A model generated the notes under the pieces. It was not told the origin of the DNA, did not search any database, and saw only the letters and a list, made by a program, of their open reading frames with translations. A program made the position numbers and the translations under genes. Below, piece after piece: positions 37,266 through 46,995 of a stretch of 64,000 nucleotides of DNA; within the stretch, counting starts at the first letter, position 1; each line of letters opens with the position of its first letter. Source of the DNA: Desulfatiglandales bacterium (GTDB lineage Bacteria; Desulfobacterota; DSM-4660; Desulfatiglandales; Desulfatiglandaceae); NCBI GenBank assembly GCA_963662465.1, contig OY759599.1, positions 832,001 to 896,000 of the forward strand, read 5' to 3'.

Positions 37266-38825
37266 ATGTCTGTGGGCGACATGATCCGGAGAAGCGCGGA
37301 TAAATTTCCGGAAAAAACCGCTTTGATCTTCAAAGAAAAAAGGATCACCTATGAGGCGTTGAATAAACGGGTGAATGCTTTGGCAAACCGTCTTCTGGAT
37401 ATGGGCGGCAAAAAAGGAGATCGTGTGGCGGTGATTCTGCATAATTGCCCCGAATACATCGAAGCCTATTTTGCCTGTGCCAAGTCGGGACTGGTGTTTG
37501 TCCCCATCAACAACCTGCTCAAACAGGGAGAATTGACCCATATTATTCAATATATTGAACCCCGCTTTCTGCTGGTGGATTCTGATTTTGAGGACCTGAT
37601 TTTAAAAACGACCCATGGGATGGCGTTTGTTGAGTTCAAGATCACCTTGGGCGTATCCCAAGGCGCCTCTTTTATTGCCTATGAGGATACCCTTGCCGAG
37701 GGCAGCACGAAAGAACCGAAAGTGGAAATCTCAAAAGACGATGTCATGAGTATTTTCCTTACCTCCGGCACCACAGGACTTCCCAAAGGCGCCATGCGGA
37801 CCCATCACCACAATTTTCAGAACGCCCTTGTCTGCGCCCTGGAAATGAAACTGGATGTGAACGATCGCACCATCCTCCTTTTTCCCCTGTACCATGTTAC
37901 CTTTGAGGACCATACCCGCCATTTCCTCATGGGCAACACGGTTTACATTCGACCGGAGGGGACCTTTGATCCCAAGGAGGTGTTGGGGATTCTTGAAAGG
38001 GAGAAAATCACCACCTGCCAGTTTGTGCCCACCATGGTGAATGCCATGCTGCAGGAAAAAACCATCGAAGATTATGACTTGAGCCATCTCAGACTCATTC
38101 CCTACGCGGCAAGTCCCATGCCCGTGGAACTGCTGAAACAAGCCATGAAGCGGTTCCAATGCGGCTTCATTCAATTTTACGGCCAGACGGAAACCGGTCC
38201 CCTGACCACTGTCCTGCCTCCCGAGGCCCATGTTCTGGAAGGAACAAAGGCCCAGTTGGATCGACTGGCTTCCGCCGGTCGCGCGGTCTTGAATTACGAG
38301 GTGCGGATCGTGGACGAAGGGGGCAAAGACGTTCCCGTGGGAGAGGTGGGGGAGATTGCCGTCCGCAGTGAGGCCATGACCATCGGGTACTGGAACCTTC
38401 CCGAACAAACCGCCGAAAGCATGAAGGACGGTTGGCGTTTTACCGGGGATTTCGGGAAATTCGACTCGGAAAAAAACGTCTATATTGTAGACCGTAAGAA
38501 CGACATGATCATCAGCGGGGGAAAGAATATTTACCCCAGGGAGGTGGAAGAAGTCATTTACAGCCATGCGGCTGTGCTGGATGTGGCGGTGCTGGGTGTT
38601 CCCGACGACTACTGGGGGGAATCGGTCAAGGCCATCGTGGTGCTGAAGAAGGGTATGACCGCCACCGAGGATGAAGTGATCGGCATCTGCCGGGAACGTC
38701 TCGCCAGTTACAAAAAACCCAAGAGCGTGGAATTCAGGAAGGAACTGCCCAGAAGCCCCACCGGCAAGATTTTAAAGCGAAAGATTCGGGAGGAATTCTG
38801 GGAATCCAGGGATCGGCGGGTTTAA
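37266..38825 (+). CDS. Acyl/aryl-CoA ligase (AMP-binding)
   Basis: TSGTTGLPKG, YGQTE, TGD, DRKNDMIISGG and PTGKILK. Confidence 0.93.
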   Translation: MSVGDMIRRSADKFPEKTALIFKEKRITYEALNKRVNALANRLLDMGGKKGDRVAVILHNCPEYIEAYFACAKSGLVFVPINNLLKQGELTHIIQYIEPRFLLVDSDFEDLILKTTHGMAFVEFKITLGVSQGASFIAYEDTLAEGSTKEPKVEISKDDVMSIFLTSGTTGLPKGAMRTHHHNFQNALVCALEMKLDVNDRTILLFPLYHVTFEDHTRHFLMGNTVYIRPEGTFDPKEVLGILEREKITTCQFVPTMVNAMLQEKTIEDYDLSHLRLIPYAASPMPVELLKQAMKRFQCGFIQFYGQTETGPLTTVLPPEAHVLEGTKAQLDRLASAGRAVLNYEVRIVDEGGKDVPVGEVGEIAVRSEAMTIGYWNLPEQTAESMKDGWRFTGDFGKFDSEKNVYIVDRKNDMIISGGKNIYPREVEEVIYSHAAVLDVAVLGVPDDYWGESVKAIVVLKKGMTATEDEVIGICRERLASYKKPKSVEFRKELPRSPTGKILKRKIREEFWESRDRRV

Positions 38826-38931
38826 ATCGAGAGGGGGTGATTCGGGAGAACAAATCACATGATAAAATCAGAGGTGCGTTGAAAAGGAAAATTTTCGGTT
38901 CATAACCCAGGTCCAAAAAAGGAGATTTGAA

Positions 38932-39945
38932 ATGAAAAAGGCATTATGGTTGGCAGTGGCTGTTTTCTTTGTGATGGGGTTTGCGGCGACCCATGCGCAG
39001 AGCGGTCCCATCGTTATCAAGGCGTTAACGGCGTTTCCGAAAAATCACCTGAACAATGATCCGGTTCCTATCTTTATTCAGAAGGTCAACGAGCGGGCCA
39101 AGGGACGGCTGAAGATTGATTGGATTGGGGGTCCCGAGGTTATCAAGACCTTCGACCAGATCCATGCCCTCAAGGCCGGCACCATCGATATGATTCTGTA
39201 TTACCCCTTCGGCTATATGAAACCGGTGATGCCTGAAGCATGGGCCAAGGGATTGACGCTTTTGGCGGAATGGGAAGAGCGAAAAACCGGTCTCTATGAT
39301 TTGTGGTGCGAGATTTTTGCCAAAAGAGTGAACGCCAAGTATCTGGGAAGATTGCACAGTCTGGTTCCCTTCACGGTTTTTTCCAATAAGAAAATCACCA
39401 AGGTGGAAGACTTCAAGGGCTTGAAGATGCGCGTCATGCCGCTCTACATCCCCGCCCTGAAGGCATTGGGTGCGACGCCGGTCACCATTCCCCCCACGGA
39501 AATCTATACGGCCATGGAGCGCGGCGTGGTGGATGGTTTCATGTGGCCCAATGTGGGCATGATCAGCTGGGGTCTGCAGGAAGTCACCAAGTATCAAATG
39601 AAACCCGGCGTTTTCGCCATGGAACCGGCTACCATGATCAATTTGGACAAGTGGAACAAAATCCCCAAGGACTTGCAGGAAATGATCATGGAGGTGATGA
39701 AGGACACGGAATATATCGCCACCATGCGCACCATCATGATTGAAAAGAAAGAAGAGGCCGTCCGAAAGGCCGCCGGCATGGAAATCATTACGCTATCGCC
39801 CGAGGAGGCCCAGAAATTCCTGACCATCTGTTATGACAAAACCTGGGAATATGTGACGGGAATGGCCCCTGAGTATGGTCCTAAACTGAAAGAATTGTCT
39901 TCGCCCAAGGCATTGCCTAAGGGAAGTTTCCCCTGGCAGCAGTAG
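38932..39945 (+). CDS. dctP: TRAP transporter solute-binding protein
   Basis: Signal peptide; DFKGLKMR and EIYTAMERGVVDG. Confidence 0.9.
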   Translation: MKKALWLAVAVFFVMGFAATHAQSGPIVIKALTAFPKNHLNNDPVPIFIQKVNERAKGRLKIDWIGGPEVIKTFDQIHALKAGTIDMILYYPFGYMKPVMPEAWAKGLTLLAEWEERKTGLYDLWCEIFAKRVNAKYLGRLHSLVPFTVFSNKKITKVEDFKGLKMRVMPLYIPALKALGATPVTIPPTEIYTAMERGVVDGFMWPNVGMISWGLQEVTKYQMKPGVFAMEPATMINLDKWNKIPKDLQEMIMEVMKDTEYIATMRTIMIEKKEEAVRKAAGMEIITLSPEEAQKFLTICYDKTWEYVTGMAPEYGPKLKELSSPKALPKGSFPWQQ

Positions 39946-40032
39946 GGACGTTATTCAGCGGACCTGAAAAGGTTCCGAAACAGGCGGAATACGGGACGTT
40001 CTTTCTTTTGGGCTGAATTACCGTTTCGGCCG

Positions 40033-40060
40033 GTAGGGGCGAAGAATTTTTCGCCCCTGC
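40033..40060 (+). repeat. GTAG-type REP-like palindrome
   Basis: gtaggggcgaagaatttttcgcccctgc. Confidence 0.7.
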
Positions 40061-40096
40061 TTTTAATGAGGCATGATGGGTTGTTGAGGGATTGAG

Positions 40097-40588
40097 ATGA
40101 AGAGAAAAGGGCTTTTTGACCGGTTAATCGATTCCATGGCCTTCCTGGCCGGCATACTCCTTGTGGGGGCGGTGCTGATCGTATCACTTGAAATCTGCAT
40201 GCGCTACTTTTTTCAAAAGCCGCAGATATGGACAGTGGAGGTATGCGAATTTATCCTGTTTATTTTGACCTTCCTGGGAGCACCGTGGCTTCTAAAAAAA
40301 GGGGGACACGCCAGCGTCGATATCCTGGTGGAAAGGATGAGTCCCGTGCCGAAGCGGTATGCCGGCCTCTTCGCAAGCGCCGTGGGAATATTGGTGTCGC
40401 TGGTGCTTGTCTGGTTCAGCCTGGCCACCAGCTGGCAATGCTACGCCGACGGCGTGGTGCTGACTAAAACCCTCACGGTTTCCAAATACTATTTTCTGCT
40501 GTTTATTGCACTGGGCTATTTTTGTCTTCTGATTGAATTCGGCAGGCAATTCATTCGGCTTTTCAGGCATGGCAAGGAGGTCTCCTGA
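40097..40588 (+). CDS. dctQ: TRAP small permease
   Basis: Four hydrophobic segments, MRYFF and GHASVD; lies between dctP and dctM. Confidence 0.88.
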   Translation: MKRKGLFDRLIDSMAFLAGILLVGAVLIVSLEICMRYFFQKPQIWTVEVCEFILFILTFLGAPWLLKKGGHASVDILVERMSPVPKRYAGLFASAVGILVSLVLVWFSLATSWQCYADGVVLTKTLTVSKYYFLLFIALGYFCLLIEFGRQFIRLFRHGKEVS

Positions 40589-41901
40589 TGGAATGGTGGA
40601 TTCCGCTTCTTTTCATTGTCGGCATCTTTCTGGTGCTTCTGGCGGTTGGTCTTCCCGTATTTCTGGCGTTCACGGTGGTGGATGTTCTGGGGATTTATTT
40701 TCTATGGGGGGGCAGCGCCGGTTTAAGCCAGCTCATCCACTCCATTTTTTCCTCCATTAGCAGTTTTGTGCTATTGCCGGTGCCGCTTTTTGTACTCATG
40801 GGGGAGCTGCTGTTTCAATCCGGCGTCTTTGTTCGGGCCCTGGATACCCTGGATAAATGGATGGGGCGTCTGCCGGGCCGGTTGTGCATCCTCAGCGTGG
40901 GTGGGGGAACGCTTTTTTCCACTTTGAGCGGCTCCAGCATGGGCACCTCCGCCATGCTGGGTTCCCTGCTGCTGCCCGAGATGGAAAAAAGGGGATATCA
41001 CAAGACCATTGCCATTGGGAGCTGCATGAGTGGGGCCCTGGCCATGATTATCCCCCCCAGCGCCCTGGCCGTGATCATGGGAAGCCTGATGGAAGTTTCC
41101 ATCGGGAAACTGCTCATATCCGGCGTGGTCCCCGGCCTTCTCATGGCGGCCATGTATATTACCTATATTGTGGTTCGGTGTACGGTTCAGCCGAGTCTTG
41201 CGCCGGACTATTCCCCCGAAGAAACGCCCTGGTCTGAAAAAATCAGCGCTTTTGTGAAGCACGTACTGCCCTTCGGCACCATTATTTTTGTGGTGACGGG
41301 CCTGATCTTTGCCGGTCTGGCCACACCCACGGAATCCGCGGGCATGGGGGTCGTGGCGACAGCCGCGGTGGTGGCGGCCTATAGACGGTTATCGATTGAT
41401 ATCATTCGTAAATCCGTGGAATCCACCCTGCGCATTACGGTGATGATGTTCATGATTCTCACAGGCTCCACCGCTTTCAGCCAGATTCTGGCCTTTACGG
41501 GCGCCAGCCGCGGCCTGGTGGAACTGGTTGTGAGTTTTCCCTTTCCGGATATCATGATCGTCGGCGTCATGCAGTTCCTGATGATTGTTCTGGGAACCTT
41601 CATGGAGCCGGTTTCCATCATGATGATCACCTTTCCCGTGTACATGCCCATCGTGAATGCCTTTGGGTTCGACCCCATTTGGTTTGGGCTGCTCACCCTG
41701 ATCAACATGGAAATCGGCATGAAAACGCCGCCCTTCGGAATGGTGCTCTTTGTGATGAAGGGGGTGGTGCCGCCTAAGACCACCATGATGGATATTTATC
41801 GGTCGGTGACGCCTTTTGTAACCATTGATATGGCAGCCATGCTGTTGATCATGATTTTCCCCACCATTGCCACCATTCTGCCGAGCTTGATGAAGTATTA
41901 G
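40588..41901 (+). CDS. dctM: TRAP large permease
   Basis: VPLFVLMG, IIPPS, ATPTES and TPPFG motifs. Confidence 0.92.
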   Translation: MEWWIPLLFIVGIFLVLLAVGLPVFLAFTVVDVLGIYFLWGGSAGLSQLIHSIFSSISSFVLLPVPLFVLMGELLFQSGVFVRALDTLDKWMGRLPGRLCILSVGGGTLFSTLSGSSMGTSAMLGSLLLPEMEKRGYHKTIAIGSCMSGALAMIIPPSALAVIMGSLMEVSIGKLLISGVVPGLLMAAMYITYIVVRCTVQPSLAPDYSPEETPWSEKISAFVKHVLPFGTIIFVVTGLIFAGLATPTESAGMGVVATAAVVAAYRRLSIDIIRKSVESTLRITVMMFMILTGSTAFSQILAFTGASRGLVELVVSFPFPDIMIVGVMQFLMIVLGTFMEPVSIMMITFPVYMPIVNAFGFDPIWFGLLTLINMEIGMKTPPFGMVLFVMKGVVPPKTTMMDIYRSVTPFVTIDMAAMLLIMIFPTIATILPSLMKY

Positions 41902-41904
41902 AAG

Positions 41905-42648
41905 ATGGTTGTGAAGATGATGAACCGCCGTATCAGTGCATATGAAAAGAAAATTGTTGAATTTACGACCCTGCTGGCCGAGAATAGAATCCTGATCCCC
42001 TCTTTTCAACGGGAATTTGTATGGGACCAAAACGGGATCATCAAGCTCTGGGAGAGCATCTATCGATTCTATCCCATCGGCAGTATCCTTTGCTGGGAAA
42101 CGGACATTCGCTTGAACATTCATCGCAAAATCGGCGGATTTATTTTGAATAACAACGGGACGGCCCTTCCGAAACAAACCCGGTGGGTGTATATCCTGGA
42201 TGGGCAGCAGCGGGCCACGGCCCTGCTGATGCCCCTGTTGGGGGGGAAAGGGAATGTCAGGACGGAAAGGGATTTTGATTACGCGCTGTATTTTGACGCA
42301 GTAAACGAAAATTTCTTTTTTGCCCACGACCTCAACCGCCGGAAACGAAAGGTGAATCCGGTATTCCTGATCCCCCTCAGCCATATGATTGACGGCGCCG
42401 ATCAAGTCCTGGAGAGCGTTTTGCGGGAACCGGGGGGCTGTCCCATGATCGAAAATCACATCAAGCAACTGGCCCATGTTTTTTCAAACTACAATTTATC
42501 ATTAATCCACATGAAGGGGTTTGACATCCCGGCGGTTCGGGAGATATTTGAGCGTATCAACCGGGAAGGAAAAGCGTTAAGTTCAATGGACGTCATGATC
42601 GCAAGAACCTTCCGGAATTATGAGTGCCTGGTTGAGGAGGATTTGTGA
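41905..42648 (+). CDS. Stand-alone DUF262 (GmrS-like) domain protein
   Basis: IPSFQREFVW, YPIGS, ILDGQQR and IFERIN. Confidence 0.85.
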   Translation: MVVKMMNRRISAYEKKIVEFTTLLAENRILIPSFQREFVWDQNGIIKLWESIYRFYPIGSILCWETDIRLNIHRKIGGFILNNNGTALPKQTRWVYILDGQQRATALLMPLLGGKGNVRTERDFDYALYFDAVNENFFFAHDLNRRKRKVNPVFLIPLSHMIDGADQVLESVLREPGGCPMIENHIKQLAHVFSNYNLSLIHMKGFDIPAVREIFERINREGKALSSMDVMIARTFRNYECLVEEDL

Positions 42649-42679
42649 GGCGCTTGCGTCCATGTCATGAGAGGAGCCC

Positions 42680-43216
42680 GTGAACATGAACAAAGCAGAA
42701 GAAAAAAATGATGAAAGACGCATTGTCCACCTCATGGTCAACCAAAAGTCCTATGACCTTGCGGTAGGCCATACGGTTGGAGGGGTTGCCCCAACGGATA
42801 CGCTGGCCCATACCCTTCGAGAGACTTTAGGGCTTACGGGAACCAAGATCGGCTGTGACCAGGGATCATGCGGATCATGTACGGTACTGATGAATGGAAA
42901 ACCGATTTTATCCTGCATGACTCTGACGGTGGAATGTGATAATGCTGACATTACCACTGTTGAGGGGCTGGAGGATCAAAAAACAGGCAGGCTGCACCCG
43001 CTGCAACAATCCTTTATCGATCATACCGCTTTTCAGTGCGGTTTCTGCACCCCGGGCATTCTCATGAGCGCCAAGGCGTTGCTGGACAGGGAAGCGAATC
43101 CCGGTGAAGATGCCGTAAAACAGGCCCTGGCAGGACATTACTGCCGTTGCATTTCACACTACGAGGTGGTCCGGGCGGTATTGGATGCGGCAAAAAATGA
43201 AAAATATCAAGGCTGA
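42680..43216 (+). CDS. Molybdoenzyme 2Fe-2S subunit (CoxS/XdhC type)
   Basis: GCDQGSCGSC, QCGFCTPG and CRC. Confidence 0.92.
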   Translation: MNMNKAEEKNDERRIVHLMVNQKSYDLAVGHTVGGVAPTDTLAHTLRETLGLTGTKIGCDQGSCGSCTVLMNGKPILSCMTLTVECDNADITTVEGLEDQKTGRLHPLQQSFIDHTAFQCGFCTPGILMSAKALLDREANPGEDAVKQALAGHYCRCISHYEVVRAVLDAAKNEKYQG

Positions 43217-45470
43217 AAAATACCGATATATTGGAAAAGAAACGCCTCGCAAGGATGCCCGTGACATTGTTACCGGCAGGGCGAATTATATTGACGACAT
43301 CAAGCTTCCGGGAATGCTTTTCGGCAAGGTCCTTCGAAGCCCCCATGCACACGCCAATATCAGGCATATCGATTGCTGTCGCGCCAAATCCCTGCAAGGC
43401 GTGAGGGCGGTGCTGACCCATAAAGACATTCCGGTCTGGGAGTGGGGGATCCCCAAGGCCATCCGAATACTGGATGGCAAGGTCCGTTATGTGGGCGACG
43501 GGGTGGCCATGGTGGCCGCGGATTCCCCGTGCATCGCCGAAGCCGCTTTGGCGTTGATCGAGGTGGACTATGAAGTGTTGCCGGCAGTGTATGATGTGGA
43601 AGAATCCATGCGAGCCGATACCCCGCCCATATACCGGCAATTTCCCCATAACGCGTATCCCGGGGAGCCACCCATATATGAACCCAAGTTGCTGAACGGT
43701 CTTCATATGGGGAATGTGGATCAGGGATTTGCCGAAGCCGATGTCGTGGCTGAAGGAACATGCGGTTACGAAATATTCCCCAATCCGCTGCCCCCGGAAC
43801 CGCCGGGCGTCATTGCGACCTGGGAGACCCCGGACCGGCTGACCATTTACACCCCAAGCCAGTCCATCGCCTTTAACCGCTTTATCGGCATCCCTTTCAT
43901 CGGGATGGCCGACATGAGGGCTATCAGCACCCATTGCGGCGGCAGCTACGGTTCAAAAAATGCTAACTTAACGCCGGTGGGGTATGCGGCGCTTCTCTCT
44001 CGCACGACGGGCCGGCCGGTCAAGATTTATTATACCAAGGAGGAGCATTTTCATTCCTATTCTCTACGGCTGGGTTCCCGGATTCATGCCAGGGTGGGCA
44101 TGAAGCAGGACGGAACCCTTACCGCCATATCGGGAGAATGGCTGGTGAATACGGGATCGGGGTCGGAATCGGGTCCCTTCCAGATTGCCGTGGGCTGCGG
44201 CGAGCTGCAACTGGTATTGCGGTGCGCCAACTGGGATTTGAACCCCAAACTGGTTTGCAGCAACCGATCGCCTTCCGGCATCATTCGGGGTTACGGCGGC
44301 CAGGAACTGGAAAGTTCCATCCTTCCCATCGTATCCCTGGCCATGGAAAAAGCAGGCCTTGATCCCATTGAATTCTTTAAAAAGAATATGGTAAAAACCG
44401 GAGAGGGCTATTTTTGGCGGGAAGGCAACTGGTGGACTTACCGAGGCATCGATTTTAGAAAGGCCATCGAAAAGGGCGCCGAGACCTTCGGATGGAAGGA
44501 AAAATGGCGAGGGTGGCGGAAACCCACTGCCATAAATGGGATCAAACGACGGGGCGTGGGCGTGGGCGTTCACAGCAACGCCGATGTGGGAGAGGACGCA
44601 TCCGAGGCCCTGGTAAAATTGACCCCGGACGGACGGGCAGTGGTGTACTGCTGTGTTTCCGAATCCGGGCCGGGGCAGCGCAGCAGCCTGTGCAAGATGG
44701 CGGCTGAAGTGCTGAAGTTGCCCCTGGAACAGGTCAACATGTCTCCTCCCGATACCCATGTGAATCCCTTTGAATTCGGGCTCATGGGGTCCCGGGGTAC
44801 CTATGCGGTGGGGTCGGCCGTAATCGCGGCGGCGGAGGATGCTCGGCGTCAACTGCTGGAAATGGCGGCGCATCCCTTTGAGGCCACGCCCGAACAACTG
44901 GATACCGAAAGCGGCATGGTATATTCAGTGGGACGCCCCGAGAAGAGAATCCCGTGGCGCCGGGTCACCGGGATAACCCGAACCTTGACGGGCAAGGGAC
45001 GGTTTGATCCGGATTACTCCCTCTGCAATTTTCTGATGACCTTTGTTGAAGTGGAAGTGGATGCGGAAACGGGGCGGGTGAATCTGATTAATGTGGTTAA
45101 TGCCACAGATTGCGGCCGTATTATTTCTCCAATGGCTCTTGAGGGGCAGCTTCACGGCGCTTTGGGGGCGGCTGGATTGGATACCGCCATTTTCGAGGAA
45201 ACGATTCTAGACAAAAAAACCGGGCGTATGTTAAATGGCAATATGGTGGATTACAAATGGCGCACCTTTGTGGACATGCCTGATTTTACCAATGTAATTC
45301 TGGAAACACCGGCGCCCACCCACCGCTTCGGCGCCATCGGCGTGGGTGAAATTGCCACCTCGCCGGGTCCCAGTGCCGTACTCATGGCGGTTAATAATGC
45401 CATCGGAGCCCGAATTATGGAATATCCCTTGACCTCCGATAAAATCCTGAAAGCCTTGGGCAAGATATAA
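43197..45470 (+). CDS. Xanthine-dehydrogenase-family molybdopterin subunit
   Basis: RSPHAHA, GGSYGSK, RGYGGQE, DCG.IISP...EGQ and GVGE. Confidence 0.92.
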   Translation: MKNIKAEKYRYIGKETPRKDARDIVTGRANYIDDIKLPGMLFGKVLRSPHAHANIRHIDCCRAKSLQGVRAVLTHKDIPVWEWGIPKAIRILDGKVRYVGDGVAMVAADSPCIAEAALALIEVDYEVLPAVYDVEESMRADTPPIYRQFPHNAYPGEPPIYEPKLLNGLHMGNVDQGFAEADVVAEGTCGYEIFPNPLPPEPPGVIATWETPDRLTIYTPSQSIAFNRFIGIPFIGMADMRAISTHCGGSYGSKNANLTPVGYAALLSRTTGRPVKIYYTKEEHFHSYSLRLGSRIHARVGMKQDGTLTAISGEWLVNTGSGSESGPFQIAVGCGELQLVLRCANWDLNPKLVCSNRSPSGIIRGYGGQELESSILPIVSLAMEKAGLDPIEFFKKNMVKTGEGYFWREGNWWTYRGIDFRKAIEKGAETFGWKEKWRGWRKPTAINGIKRRGVGVGVHSNADVGEDASEALVKLTPDGRAVVYCCVSESGPGQRSSLCKMAAEVLKLPLEQVNMSPPDTHVNPFEFGLMGSRGTYAVGSAVIAAAEDARRQLLEMAAHPFEATPEQLDTESGMVYSVGRPEKRIPWRRVTGITRTLTGKGRFDPDYSLCNFLMTFVEVEVDAETGRVNLINVVNATDCGRIISPMALEGQLHGALGAAGLDTAIFEETILDKKTGRMLNGNMVDYKWRTFVDMPDFTNVILETPAPTHRFGAIGVGEIATSPGPSAVLMAVNNAIGARIMEYPLTSDKILKALGKI

Positions 45471-45487
45471 GGGGGGGATAATACACG

Positions 45488-46483
45488 ATGAAACCTTTCC
45501 GGCACACGGATGCCAAAACGCTATCCGAGGCCATGAGATTGTTGATTGAATATGGGGAAAAGGCCCAATTGCTGGCAGGGGGAACCGACCTGCTCGGCCT
45601 GCTCAAAACAAAAGCGCCGGCAGTTTATCCGGAGCTGTTAATCAATATCAAAAGTATCCCCGGTCTGGATTATCTTAATCAGAATGAGGCGGGATTAAGG
45701 ATAGGGGCCTTGACCCAACTTGCCGATATTGTCGATTCTCCGGAAGTCAAAAAAGATTACCCCATTCTCGCTGAGGCCGCCCTGTCGGTTGCCATGCCGC
45801 AAATCCGTTATATGGGCACTATCAGCGGCAATCTGGCTCAGGAGACGCGCTGCTGGTATTATCGCTATCCCCATGAAATCGGTGGTCGCATCATGTGCAA
45901 GCGCAAGGGTGAAGGTCCATGCCTGGCGGTTGCGGGAGATAACCGATACCATGCTATTTTCGGGGGCAAAGGTTGCTTTGCCGTCTGCCCGTCGGACACG
46001 GCCGTTGCCCTGGCGGCCCTTGATGCGAAAATTCGAATTGTCGGGCCGGACCGCGAACGGCTTTTGGATGTCATGGATTTTTATAACCCCATGGGGAATG
46101 CACTGATGCCCGATGAAATCATTACGGAAATTCAGATTCCCCGTCCGCCGGCTGAAAACCGGCAGGTGTTTATCAAGCACCGGGTTCGAGAATCCATTGA
46201 TTTTGCTATTGTAAGCGTGGGTCTGGTCACGGTTTTCAGGAAAGGCATTAATTCTTTTGCCAGGATTGTGCTCGGCGCCGTGGCGCCGGGGCCTTACCGG
46301 GCTTTGAAAGCCGAGGCGTTTCTTTCCGGTAAAGCCCTGAGCCCAGAAACCGTCGAAGCCGCCGCCCGGGTCTCGGTGGCAGGGGCCGTAGCGCTCAGTA
46401 AAAACGCCTATAAAATTGAAATCGTCGGAACCCTGGTCAAAAGAGCGCTTCTCGCCGGTGATAAAAAGGAGAAAAAGGAATGA
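45488..46483 (+). CDS. Molybdoenzyme FAD subunit with a Cys-rich insert
   Basis: AGGTDLL, QIRYMGTISGN and RCWYYR..C..K...C...C..VCPSD (HcrB/PaoB-like Fe-S insert). Confidence 0.9.
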   Translation: MKPFRHTDAKTLSEAMRLLIEYGEKAQLLAGGTDLLGLLKTKAPAVYPELLINIKSIPGLDYLNQNEAGLRIGALTQLADIVDSPEVKKDYPILAEAALSVAMPQIRYMGTISGNLAQETRCWYYRYPHEIGGRIMCKRKGEGPCLAVAGDNRYHAIFGGKGCFAVCPSDTAVALAALDAKIRIVGPDRERLLDVMDFYNPMGNALMPDEIITEIQIPRPPAENRQVFIKHRVRESIDFAIVSVGLVTVFRKGINSFARIVLGAVAPGPYRALKAEAFLSGKALSPETVEAAARVSVAGAVALSKNAYKIEIVGTLVKRALLAGDKKEKKE

Positions 46484-46965
46484 CCGATAGGTTGAAAGGA
46501 AAGAGAGTTCTCATTGTGGATGATGAGATGGATGTGTTGGAAACGCTTTCAGAGCTTCTCTCCATGTGCCAGGTGGTTGAAGCTTCCACTTTTGAGAAGG
46601 CAAAAGAAAAGTTGGAAAGCGAGCATTTTGATATGGTGATTTTAGACATCATGGGCGTTGATGGATATGCATTGCTTAAGATTGCCAACCAGAAAAATGT
46701 GATTGCCGTGATGCTGACCGCCCATGCCCTGAGTGTAAAGGATACGGTTAAATCCTTTAAGGGAGGCGCCGCCTCTTATATCCCAAAAGAAGAGATGATG
46801 AACATCACCGTCTTTTTAAACGATATTCTGGAGGCGCGCGAAAAGGGCAAGAGTGTCATGGGACGATGGTTTGATCGGCTGGCGTCTTACTATGACAAAA
46901 GATTTGGCCCGGACTGGAAAAATGAAGACAAGGAATTCTGGGAAAAATTCAAATATTGGATGTGA
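46480..46965 (+). CDS. Single-domain response regulator
   Basis: VLIVDDE, ILDIMG, MLTA and YIPK. Confidence 0.88.
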   Translation: MTDRLKGKRVLIVDDEMDVLETLSELLSMCQVVEASTFEKAKEKLESEHFDMVILDIMGVDGYALLKIANQKNVIAVMLTAHALSVKDTVKSFKGGAASYIPKEEMMNITVFLNDILEAREKGKSVMGRWFDRLASYYDKRFGPDWKNEDKEFWEKFKYWM

Positions 46966-46995
46966 AAGCGTCTGAGTGCAAAAAAATACCGTCTG

